From IMG/VR virus record IMGVR_UViG_3300033571_014589, positions 51,549-71,548 of that record: a stretch of 20,000 nt of DNA; one strand, given 5' to 3'. Made by a program: the position numbers and the translations under genes. Below, one piece after another: positions 1 to 9,100 of this stretch (position 1 is its first letter; each line of letters opens with the position of its first letter). The DNA is from an uncultured virus (IMG/VR IMGVR_UViG_3300033571_014589) (taxonomy: Duplodnaviria > Heunggongvirae > Uroviricota > Caudoviricetes). Below the pieces are notes generated by a model that saw only the letters and a list, made by a program, of their open reading frames with translations, did no database searches and was not told where the DNA came from.

Positions 1-1812
1 AACACAGTTTATGATTTGTTTAAATTTATATCAATTTCTGATGGTAACGCAGCAAATGCTGAAATTAAAATTTCAATATTAAACATTTCATTTACAAATG
101 GAACATTTGATGTTGGTGTTCGTGATTTTAATGATACAGACCAAAATCCTGTATTCATTGAAAAGTTCACAAATTGTTCAATGAACCCAAGTAATAATAA
201 CTTTATCGGTGTGAAGATTGGAACAAGTGATGGTGAATACGTACAACGTTCAAAATTCATAATGGTTGAATTAAACCCTGAAGCTCCGATAGATGCACTT
301 CCTTGTGGTTTTAGAGGTTATCCTTTAAGAACATATAACGGTGTTACATCAGCATTTCCAATCTACAAAACACAATATGAAACAGCAGGTGATAATACTT
401 TTTATCCTCCTTTTGGTTCACAACAGGTAAGTTCAGGTGATAAAGTTAACAGAACTTATTTGGGTATTTCAAATACTGTTGGTATTGACCAAGAATATTT
501 CAACTATAAAGGAAAACAAAACCCTACAAATATTGCAACGGCAACAAGTTCAAATCCTTGGAATTTTATATCAAAAGGATATCACTTAGATTCAGGAGCA
601 ACAGTTGTAACAATTCCTTCAACTTATTCTACTTCAGGTACATCAGCATTTGAAGTTGGTGATGCGTCCTTTAGTTCAGAACCAACAGATTCAACAAGTC
701 CATACTACAGATTAAACGCAAGGAAATTCACTTTGGTTCCTGCGGGTGGTTTTGATGGCTGGGATATTTACAGAGAATACAGAACAAATGGTGATAATTT
801 CATCATTGGAGGTTCAGGATTCTTGAAAGGTTTTGCACCAACATCACAATTCCCTACCGCAACTGGTTGGGGAGCGTTTAAGAAGATTACTGTTGACGGT
901 AATTCAAATGATTGGGCTAACACCGATTATTATGCATACTTAAAAGGTCAGAAGACTTTCGCAAATCCTGAAGCGGTTAACATTAATATTTTTGTTACTC
1001 CGGGTATTGATTTTGTTAATAACTCAAACCTTGTTGAAGACGCAATTGATATGATTGAAAATGATAGAGCGGATTCACTTTATATTACAACTTGTCCTGA
1101 TTATAATATGTTTGTATCAAATACAACATCATCAGAAAACTTGATTTACCCTCAAGAAGCGGTTGATAATTTGGAAACAACAGGAATCGACTCTAACTAC
1201 ACCGCAACTTATTATCCTTGGGTATTGACAAGAGACACTGTAAATAATACACAGATTTATCTTCCTCCAACCGCTGAAGTTTGTAGAAACTTGGCGTTGA
1301 CCGATAACATCGCGTTCCCTTGGTTCGCATCTGCGGGTTACACAAGAGGTATTGTAAATGCGGTTAAAGCAAGAAAGAAACTAACACAAGAAGACAGAGA
1401 TACCCTTTATCAAGGTCATATTAATCCAATTGCGACATTCTCTGATGTTGGAACAGTAATTTGGGGTAATAAAACAACACAAATTGCTGAATCCGCTCTT
1501 GACAGAATCAACGTAAGAAGATTGTTATTACAAGCTCGTAAGTTGATTTCAGCAGTCGCAGTTAGATTGTTGTTTGAACAAAATGACGACAAGGTAAGAC
1601 AAGACTTCTTGGATTCTGTGAACCCAATCTTGGATTCAATTAGAAGAGACAGAGGTTTAATTGACTTCAGAGTTGTAGTAACAAATACACCTGAAGATTT
1701 AGATAGAAACCAAATGACTGGTAAGATTTATCTAAAACCAACCAAAGCTCTTGAATTCATTGATATTGAGTTCTTAATTACACCATCAGGTGCATCATTT
1801 GAGAATATCTAA
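1..1812 (+). CDS. Contractile tail sheath protein (T4 gp18-like), 5'-truncated
   Basis: The frame is open from base 1 (NTVYDLFKF...), so the true start lies upstream. The C-terminal half has typical sheath motifs: NYTATYYPWV, YLPPT, PWFASAGYTRG, RDTLYQGHINPI, VIWGNKT, LDRINVRRLL, LLFEQND, RGLIDFRVV, GKIYLKPTKALEFIDIEF. It precedes a tube gene. Confidence 0.95.
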   Translation, partial: NTVYDLFKFISISDGNAANAEIKISILNISFTNGTFDVGVRDFNDTDQNPVFIEKFTNCSMNPSNNNFIGVKIGTSDGEYVQRSKFIMVELNPEAPIDALPCGFRGYPLRTYNGVTSAFPIYKTQYETAGDNTFYPPFGSQQVSSGDKVNRTYLGISNTVGIDQEYFNYKGKQNPTNIATATSSNPWNFISKGYHLDSGATVVTIPSTYSTSGTSAFEVGDASFSSEPTDSTSPYYRLNARKFTLVPAGGFDGWDIYREYRTNGDNFIIGGSGFLKGFAPTSQFPTATGWGAFKKITVDGNSNDWANTDYYAYLKGQKTFANPEAVNINIFVTPGIDFVNNSNLVEDAIDMIENDRADSLYITTCPDYNMFVSNTTSSENLIYPQEAVDNLETTGIDSNYTATYYPWVLTRDTVNNTQIYLPPTAEVCRNLALTDNIAFPWFASAGYTRGIVNAVKARKKLTQEDRDTLYQGHINPIATFSDVGTVIWGNKTTQIAESALDRINVRRLLLQARKLISAVAVRLLFEQNDDKVRQDFLDSVNPILDSIRRDRGLIDFRVVVTNTPEDLDRNQMTGKIYLKPTKALEFIDIEFLITPSGASFENI

Positions 1813-1822
1813 TAAACATTAT

Positions 1823-1854
1823 TATGGGGTGGGGAAAAAATAACCCACCCCATA
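1823..1854 (+). terminator. GC-rich hairpin after the sheath gene (probable terminator or mRNA 3'-stabiliser)
   Basis: Perfect 11-bp inverted repeat TATGGGGTGGG (1823-1833) / CCCACCCCATA (1844-1854) with a 10-nt loop. It is followed by TATTTAT rather than a clean U-tract. Confidence 0.65.
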
Positions 1855-1862
1855 TATTTATA
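1855..1862 (+). promoter_or_regulatory. TATTTATA putative late-promoter motif
   Basis: Exact copy of an 8-mer that recurs in six intergenic gaps, 14 nt upstream of the ATG at 1877. Confidence 0.6.
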
Positions 1863-1876
1863 ATTAAAATACAACT

Positions 1877-2020
1877 ATGAAATTCACAAAAAAAGTATTG
1901 TTTGAAAATATGGAAGTTAAGACCAATGGTTTAAAAACTTATTCTGAAAAACCTCAGTCTATAATTGTTAGTGAATCACAATTAGAAAGAGTAATTCAAA
2001 AAATTTTAAATAAAAAATGA
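1877..2020 (+). CDS. Small hypothetical protein, 47 aa (MKFTKKVLFENMEVKTNGLKTYSEKPQSIIVSESQLERVIQKILNKK), absent from the ORF track
   Basis: Translated by hand. The ATG has an A-rich leader and follows the TATTTATA motif. The ORF fills the intergenic gap and its TGA overlaps the next start as ATGA (2017-2020), the usual sign of translational coupling. Confidence 0.75.
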   Translation: MKFTKKVLFENMEVKTNGLKTYSEKPQSIIVSESQLERVIQKILNKK

Positions 2021-2868
2021 ATTATAAAAAACTAATTAGACGTACCCTACATAAATTGTCTGAAGGATTTGACCCTAGTGGTCTTCCTGACCATAAATAC
2101 TATGCTTTTGATTGGGATGATAACGTAATGAACATGCCAACAAAAATCATAGTATTAGATGAAGATGGTAATGAAGTTGGTATTTCTACTGATGATTTTA
2201 CCGAACATAGACATCAGATAGGTAAAGAACCTTTTGTATATAATGGTAAAACTATTATATCATACGCCGAAAGACCATTTAGAAATTTCAGAGATGAAGG
2301 AGAAGCTCAATTCTTGGAAGATATCATGTCAGCAGGATTCGGACCTTCTTGGAACGACTTTGTTGAATGTATAAATGGGGGTTCAATTTTTGCAATTATT
2401 ACAGCACGTGGACACAACCCTGAAATCCTTAAAGAAGCGGTATATAAACTCATTAAAAACAATATTGGTGGGTTAGATGAGGAAAAGGTTGTTGAGTCGT
2501 TAAAAATGTATCATGAGTTAACTGATAAAGAAATTAAAGATGATGATACAATGATTAGAGAATATTTGGACATGTGTAGGTTTCATCCTGTTTCATTTGG
2601 TACAGGTGCGGAAGCAAATCCTGAAGAAGGAAAAGTTAATGCATTAAGAGAATTTATAGGTTATGTAAAACAAGTTTCAAGAGAAATTGGTGGAAGAACC
2701 TTATTTAAAAATGACGTTACAAATAATTTTATCATCCCTAAAATTGGTTTTTCAGATGATGATGAAAAAAATATTGAAAAAATTAAAGATTTCTTAAATA
2801 AAGAATTTGGCCTAGAAGCTCCAGTACAGACATATTTAACTAAATCAAATATTAAAAGAAAATATTAA
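2017..2868 (+). CDS. HAD-superfamily phosphatase-like protein
   Basis: HAD motif I YAFDWDDN (DxD), motif II IITARG, a candidate motif III Lys (EEGK) and motif IV IGFSDDD. Substrate unknown. Confidence 0.7.
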   Translation: MNYKKLIRRTLHKLSEGFDPSGLPDHKYYAFDWDDNVMNMPTKIIVLDEDGNEVGISTDDFTEHRHQIGKEPFVYNGKTIISYAERPFRNFRDEGEAQFLEDIMSAGFGPSWNDFVECINGGSIFAIITARGHNPEILKEAVYKLIKNNIGGLDEEKVVESLKMYHELTDKEIKDDDTMIREYLDMCRFHPVSFGTGAEANPEEGKVNALREFIGYVKQVSREIGGRTLFKNDVTNNFIIPKIGFSDDDEKNIEKIKDFLNKEFGLEAPVQTYLTKSNIKRKY

Positions 2869-2925
2869 TAATAATTAAAACCAGATTACCTAGGCAATTA
2901 TATATGAAAAAAACTAAATAGTAAA

Positions 2926-2933
2926 TATTTATA
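2926..2933 (+). promoter_or_regulatory. TATTTATA putative late-promoter motif upstream of the tail tube gene
   Basis: Exact motif copy in intergenic DNA, 40 nt before the ATG at 2974. Confidence 0.6.
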
Positions 2934-2973
2934 TAGAAAATAAACTAAAGAAAACAAAATAATGAAATAAAAT

Positions 2974-3462
2974 ATGGCAGACTTATTAATGAAAATGCCC
3001 GACCCATACGAACCGAAACAGAAACATAGGTTTATAATGACATTTCCATCCTCTTTGGGTATTAATTCTTGGTATGTAGAATCAACAAAGAGACCAAAAG
3101 TAACAATTAACAAAGCTGATATACCATTTTTGAATACAAAAACTTATGTTGCAACAAATTTTGAATGGGACACAATTGGAGTTACATTTAGGGACCCAAT
3201 TGGACCATCAGCGGCACAGGCGTTAATGGAGTGGGTCAGATTACATGCTGAATCAGTTACAGGGAGAATGGGTTACTCATCAGGGTATAAAAAGGACATT
3301 ACACTTGAAATGCTTGACCCAACAGGAGTTGCGGTGGAAAAATGGATATTACAAGGTTGTTTCCTAACTGATGTAGATTTCAAAGAATTATCATATGGTG
3401 AAGGTGGAATACAAACAATTTCTTGTACGTTGCGTCCAGACCGTTGTATATTGGTTTATTGA
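2974..3462 (+). CDS. Tail tube protein (T4 gp19-like)
   Basis: 162 aa, near the sheath gene. Tube-like pattern: YEPKQKHRF, WDTIGVTFRD, LMEWV, GYKKDITLEMLDPTG..VEKWILQGCF..DV...LSY. Confidence 0.9.
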   Translation: MADLLMKMPDPYEPKQKHRFIMTFPSSLGINSWYVESTKRPKVTINKADIPFLNTKTYVATNFEWDTIGVTFRDPIGPSAAQALMEWVRLHAESVTGRMGYSSGYKKDITLEMLDPTGVAVEKWILQGCFLTDVDFKELSYGEGGIQTISCTLRPDRCILVY

Positions 3463-3492
3463 AAATTTAAGTACCCTTTACAACCGAATTTT

Positions 3493-3529
3493 AAATCCAT
3501 ATATTTATTTATATGGATTTTATTTTTTT
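3493..3529 (+). terminator. Intrinsic terminator-like hairpin after the tube gene, with TATTTAT(A) motifs in its loop and arms
   Basis: 11-bp stem AAATCCATATA (3493-3503) / TATATGGATTT (3510-3520), loop TTTATT, followed by TATTTTTTT. TATTTATA lies at 3506-3513. Confidence 0.65.
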
Positions 3530-3553
3530 CCATAAAAGTAACTAAATAATATT

Positions 3554-4315
3554 ATGAACAACGAAATACAATACGGTCAAGTTAATTTTAATTTACCACA
3601 TGATGTAGTACCATTACCATCTCAAGGTATATTTTACAAAAATAAAAAGAAATCGATTAAAGTAGGTTATTTAACCGCTCAAGATGAAAATTTATTGATG
3701 TCAAATAATTTACAAGGAGCTGAATTAATGACACAATTAATTAGAACAAAGATTTATGAACCTGAAATTAAGATTGAAGATTTATTACCAGGTGATATTG
3801 AAGCGGTTTTAATATTTCTAAGAAACACTGCTTTTGGTACAAATTATAATATTTCGGCATTGGACCCACAAACGGGAAAAAGATTTGATGCGGGTGTTGA
3901 TTTAGGTGAAATGAACATTAAGAATGTTAGTGAAAAACCTGATGAAAATGGATTTTTTACAGTTAAATTACCAACATCAAAAGATATACTTCAGGTTAAA
4001 TTATTAACATACGGGGAAGATACCGCAATTGAAAATGAAATGAAGATGTATCCAAACAGTATGGTTAAACCAATTATTACAAGAAAATTGGAACAACAAA
4101 TTGTATCAGTTAATGGGTCAAGTGATAGAGGTTCAATATCTTTATATGTAACAAATATGCCAATTGCTGATTCAAAATATGTAAGAAAATTTTTAAATGA
4201 GGTTGAACCACGTTTGGACTTAAACAAAAAAATTCAAACCCCGTCAGGAGAACTAATTGATATTAATATCAATTTTGGGGTTGAGTTTTTTCGGCCTTTC
4301 TTCTCAGTACAGTAA
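3554..4315 (+). CDS. Tail/baseplate hub assembly chaperone (T4 gp26-like; lambda gpG-position gene)
   Basis: Lies between tube and tape measure. N-terminal VPLPSQGIFY...LTAQDENLL...DIEAVLIFLR pattern, an internally repeated VKLPTS...LLTYGED segment, and a C-terminal FFRP. Confidence 0.75.
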   Translation: MNNEIQYGQVNFNLPHDVVPLPSQGIFYKNKKKSIKVGYLTAQDENLLMSNNLQGAELMTQLIRTKIYEPEIKIEDLLPGDIEAVLIFLRNTAFGTNYNISALDPQTGKRFDAGVDLGEMNIKNVSEKPDENGFFTVKLPTSKDILQVKLLTYGEDTAIENEMKMYPNSMVKPIITRKLEQQIVSVNGSSDRGSISLYVTNMPIADSKYVRKFLNEVEPRLDLNKKIQTPSGELIDININFGVEFFRPFFSVQ

Positions 4316-4460
4316 AGTCCTATTGGATGAAATTTATTTTTTGATTAAGGACGGATTTACATATTCCGACATCATGGTCATGCCAACGTATCAAAGAAAA
4401 TACTTTTTAGGTAAAATTATGCAACGTATCGATTCAATTGACGATGATAATAAAAAATAA
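4257..4460 (+). CDS. Tail assembly chaperone C-terminal extension (gpT/gpE'-like), probably reached by frameshift rather than from the TTG at 4257
   Basis: Overlaps the 3' end of the chaperone gene in the +1 frame and has only a weak TTG start. GFTYSDIMVMPTYQRKYFL resembles the short helical C-terminal module of frameshifted tail chaperones. It ends just before the tape measure gene. Confidence 0.65.
   Translation: MILISILGLSFFGLSSQYSKVLLDEIYFLIKDGFTYSDIMVMPTYQRKYFLGKIMQRIDSIDDDNKK
4283..4294 (+). other. Candidate programmed +1 frameshift site GAG_TTT_TTT_CGG
   Basis: A Phe tRNA on TTT (4289-4291) can re-pair to TTC (4290-4292). The 0-frame A-site codon is CGG, which looks rare here (Arg is mostly AGA). 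The +1 frame stays open for 55 more codons. Confidence 0.6.
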
Positions 4461-4468
4461 ATAATAGG

Positions 4469-4480
4469 TATTTATTTATA
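4469..4480 (+). promoter_or_regulatory. Overlapping TATTTAT/TATTTATA motifs abutting the tape-measure start codon
   Basis: GGTATTTATTTAT-ATG: TATTTAT at 4469-4475 and TATTTATA at 4473-4480, whose last A is the A of ATG. Confidence 0.5.
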
Positions 4481-6108
4481 TGTTAGATTTAAATAATATA
4501 GACAATGCACAACAGTTAGAAGGCATTTACTCTAAGATAAATAGAAGTGTATTATCTGTTAGGGATACTCTGACCGAAACAGATAATATATTAAAAGTAT
4601 TATTAGGTTCCGCAGGACAAGTAGTTGATAAAGTATCTGTTTTTGATTCTAAAGTAATTTCAACATCTAGAAGTTTGGGACAAGGTGTTTCCTATGCTAA
4701 GGATTTAGAACAAAATTTTGCAAATGTTGCGGAAAGAATAATTAAAATCGGTGGAAATGCGGACGATGTTGTTGACATATTTAAAACAATGTCAACCGAA
4801 ATGGGTAGAACGGTTTCATTCACTGAAGAGGCTCTATTCAATATGGCTTTGTTAAAACAAGTTGGTGTAAGTGATGATTCAATAAAAAGTTTTAATAAAT
4901 TGTATGATACAATTGGTGGAACTTTTGATGAAGCCGCGACACAACAAATGATGTTAGTCAATCAAGCTAAAAGCTATGGATTAAATGTTGGACAATTTAT
5001 GACTGCGGTATCAGGTCAATTAACAAAAATTAACCAATATGGGTTTCCAAATGGTGTTAAAGATTTGGGTGAAATGGTAAGTCGTTCCAAGTTATTAGGA
5101 ATGAATATGGAAACGGCAATGGGTTTTGCAGATAAGATAATGGACAGTCCTGAAACGGCAATGGATATTGCCGCACAATTACAAACACTTGGAGGTTCAT
5201 TTTCATCACTTGCCGACCCTATGGAATTATTATATCTAGCTCAGAATGATTTAGCGGGGTTAAATGATAAGATAATTAATGCCACTCGTGGATTGGCAAC
5301 ATTTAATAAAGAAACAGGTCAATTTGAAATCAGTGTTAGTGAACGTATGAGAATTAAACAAGTTGCAACACAATTTGGTACGGACGCTAATACAATTATT
5401 GAAACCTCTTTGAAATTGGCTAAACAAGAACAAATTTTACAAAATCTTAATTTACAACCAAATTTTAAAGGATTAAGCGAAGAAGATAAAGTTTTAATAT
5501 CATCATATTCACAATTATCTAAGGAGGGTGGAGTTAAGTTAGAAGGTAAGACTATTAGTGAATTTAATAGTGGTCAAATAAATGATTTAATTAATCGATT
5601 AAGAGGAACCGAGAAAGAACAATTGTTAACTGATAAAAACGCAATGGATGAAAATGCTAAACGTATATATGAAAATTCATCAGCGTTAGAAAGAACAACA
5701 ATACAACAAAATTTATTTAGTAATGCATTATCTTTAGCTGCCTTGCAGTCAGGTAACTTTCGAGAAAGTTTAAATAGTCTTTCTAATGTATTTGCATCAA
5801 TTATTGGGGCTGGAGGTAATTTGAAAAGTACTTTTGGAGATAAAGCTATGAGTATGTTAGATGAAGGCGCCACAAAATTTAAATTAGCTGCAGATGGATT
5901 AGGAGAATTAATAAATCAGACTAAAAATCAATCTTCTAATACTCCTAAAGAAACAAAAGTAGATTTAATAACTACCACTCCGATAAAAATAACATTAGAA
6001 AACACATTAAATTTAGAAAAAGTTATTAAAGATTCTATTAGAAGTGTTATAATTGAAACGTTAAAAACTAAAAATGTTGAAATTGTGGAAAATGGTTATT
6101 CACGATAA
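4480..6108 (+). CDS. Tape measure-like protein (542 aa)
   Basis: Canonical position after the chaperone pair. A/Q/L/G/M-rich, helical-looking sequence with no Cys or Trp noticed. Length is similar to T4 gp29. Confidence 0.7.
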   Translation: MLDLNNIDNAQQLEGIYSKINRSVLSVRDTLTETDNILKVLLGSAGQVVDKVSVFDSKVISTSRSLGQGVSYAKDLEQNFANVAERIIKIGGNADDVVDIFKTMSTEMGRTVSFTEEALFNMALLKQVGVSDDSIKSFNKLYDTIGGTFDEAATQQMMLVNQAKSYGLNVGQFMTAVSGQLTKINQYGFPNGVKDLGEMVSRSKLLGMNMETAMGFADKIMDSPETAMDIAAQLQTLGGSFSSLADPMELLYLAQNDLAGLNDKIINATRGLATFNKETGQFEISVSERMRIKQVATQFGTDANTIIETSLKLAKQEQILQNLNLQPNFKGLSEEDKVLISSYSQLSKEGGVKLEGKTISEFNSGQINDLINRLRGTEKEQLLTDKNAMDENAKRIYENSSALERTTIQQNLFSNALSLAALQSGNFRESLNSLSNVFASIIGAGGNLKSTFGDKAMSMLDEGATKFKLAADGLGELINQTKNQSSNTPKETKVDLITTTPIKITLENTLNLEKVIKDSIRSVIIETLKTKNVEIVENGYSR

Positions 6109-6135
6109 ATAATATTAAAAAAAATCATTTTAATC

Positions 6136-6143
6136 TATTTATA
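6136..6143 (+). promoter_or_regulatory. TATTTATA putative late-promoter motif
   Basis: Exact motif copy 15 nt upstream of the ATG at 6159. Confidence 0.6.
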
Positions 6144-6158
6144 ATAAAATAGAAAAAA

Positions 6159-9100
6159 ATGGCATCAGGTCCTTTATCATTTTCCACAACCGAAAGTCTT
6201 AGAAAAAAACTATTATCTAAGAATTTGGAACCATATTTTGTAAATGGTTCAACATCACCAAAATCAAACGCACAAGATGTTGGAACCAAAGAAACCGAAT
6301 GGATTGAACTTCCATTGGTAAATCAACAAGATTTAGATAAATCTGGTGAAATTCCGCAAATTAAACTTAACGTATTAAATCAATATGGACCTGATAATGG
6401 AAGAGGTCCAAGTGCGGTATTTAAAAATCAAGGAACAAAATCAAATCAAGGTGAATTTATTTATCAAACAGATAATACCAATAAGTTTAAAGAATCAGAA
6501 CAAGAACAAAAAGAACTTTTGGTTTTAAATAGGTTCGCACCTCAAAATGGATGGTCGGATGCTGCATCAGAGTTAGAATCAAAAATTATTCAACCACAAA
6601 TAAGAGATGAATATGTATCCGATAGTTTAAAGCCGAACTTATATAGACCATCAAAATATACATCAGCACAAATATATCTACAAGATAATCCTACTGGTTC
6701 AGATGGAACATTAAGTCAAGACTCAATTTTGGCTCAATTGGGGGCGAAAAAATTAAAACAATTGTTCTTAGATTCGGTTGCGTTTGAGATAAGACAACAA
6801 ACAACGGGAAGAGCAAACGCAATTATTGCCGCACAAGACCCATATCTTGCATCCAAAATAATAACAGGTAGAGCACCACTAATTGAACCAAATTGGAGTG
6901 TAACAGTTCCTGATTCTGCTTTAGGTAAAACTGTTAATTTTGCAGCGAGAGTCACAGGTGCGTATTCACCATTTTCATATATACCAGGTGATTATTTTTC
7001 CTTTGTTCAACCAACAAGTTTATTGAATCAAACAATTAATAGAGTTGCCGGATTTTTTGGTTCACCAAATATTCTTCCAACAAGAAAGACCGCATCGGAT
7101 ATTTTCTTAGCATACACGGGACAAGGAACAAGAAAACTTTTATTTGGTAGTTTGGGTTTAAATAAATTTGCACCTGACTATCGTGCCAATTTCATTAACC
7201 AACTTGGTCTATCAGCACCGAAAGGAAATTATTATGTTGGAAGTAGAACTTCAGAACCATTGGATATCGTATCACCATCAGGTCAAATTCCTGTTAATGA
7301 ATATGGTAAAGAAGTTGAAACAAATGTATATGGTCCTAGTGTTTTAGGAAAACTATATGAAAATGATTTGGAGTTTAAATTTGGATTAAATCAAACTTCA
7401 ACAATAGATGGCGGCGGGTTACAAGGTGGTTTTACTTGGGTTTCACCAAAGTATAAAGGGAATGCTGGTTTTAATGTTGGTAAAGGTGGGGACCCAAAAG
7501 GACAAGACCCAAACTATCAACCAATTGCCGCACAATACACAAACTCTGAATCAACTCAATATAGTTTTAAACAAGGTTCAATACTTGACGATACTCAAAG
7601 ATTAATTAATTCACAACCAAATGGGGGTAAAAGATTACAACACGTAGGTAACGCAATTGACCAAGTGTCAAAAGTGTTTAATGATGGTTATAAGGAAATA
7701 ACAAAAGGTTCAAGGGTTATAAAATATGTTGACCAAAACGGAACTTTTGTTGGAACAGAATATGGGAGAGTATTTGCAAAAGACATACCATATTATGAAA
7801 ATACAAAACTTCAGAAAACAGAAGGAAATATAAGAAAAAATGCGAACTCAATTTTAGATAAAACATACAATTTAAATATTTTTCCAACAACAGGTCCTGA
7901 TTCAACAACAATTTCAGATGGACGAGTTAAAAAATATATGTTGTCTATTGAAAATCTTGCTTGGAGAACTTCAAGAAGACCTGGTTTAACATATGCTGAT
8001 TTGCCTGAAAGTGAAAAAGGACCAAATGGTGGAAGGGTTATGTGGTTTCCACCATATGATTTATCTTTTTCTGATGACTCAACAGTTGATTGGAATTCAA
8101 ATACATTCTTAGGAAGACCTGAAGCTATATATACATACAAAGGAACAAGTAGAGGAGGTTCATTAAATTTTAAAATTGTCGTGGACCACCCTTCAATAAT
8201 GAATCTAATTGTAAACAATGTATTATCAAACACGAATTCAAGTCAAGTTGCAGACCAAGTATTGGATTCATTTTTTGCTGGTTTAACTAAGTTTGATATA
8301 TATGAATTGGCGAAAAAATATCAGAATTTTTCACCAACAGAATTACAAAAAATACAAGATACAATTAACCAATCTTCAAATCCTGAAAAAATAAAAGATA
8401 GTTTAACTGCTAATCTTAATAAAGGTGGAACAGGCGCTGGAGGGTCAATGACATCAAATGCGTCTATAGGTCTTCAAGATTATAAACCACAATTGTCGGC
8501 GTACATTAATAGTGAATTCTTTTTCAACTATAATCAATCGGGTGGTAATTCATATTCAGATGCGTTAAATCAATATGAAAGTGATAATAATTTTAAGATA
8601 ATTAATAATGTCCAAAGTACCGAAATAAAAAATTCATATTCAAGATTGGAAAATCTAAGTAATCAAATAAAGAGTACGTTAGATACAAACCCTAATGTTA
8701 CAATAAAAATTTTATTAAAATCTAATAGTTCTTATAATGAAGCAACGACAGTCAAGAAAGATAGACTAACTTGTATCGAAGAGAGTATTATTAAAATTGT
8801 TGGGAAAAACACTAGACTAACTTTTGAAAACAAACAAGGTAATGATAGTGATAAACTACCAACTATTAATTATCCATGTAATAGTGCAACAACTAATAAT
8901 TATGCTGTTGGACCTGTCGGATGTAGAAGAGTAATAATTGATAATATAATTGAAACCCCATTACCAAATCAAAATAATCCTAATGGTAGTACAACCCAAA
9001 GTCCTTCAACTGTTGTTGGAAATATTGCGTCACAATTCAGATTAAATAATTCATTAAATAACATTGCAACAAATGATTCCAGTAATTTAACAGAATCCGT

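Noticed and set aside
2885..2898. Imperfect palindrome ATTACCTAGGCAAT after the HAD gene
   Set aside because: Short, one mismatched pair, no second copy noticed; could be chance.
4257..4259. TTG at 4257 as a genuine independent start
   Set aside because: Weak start codon inside the upstream gene with no clear initiation context. The first 10 residues look like off-frame sequence, so frameshift entry fits better, though independent initiation is not excluded.
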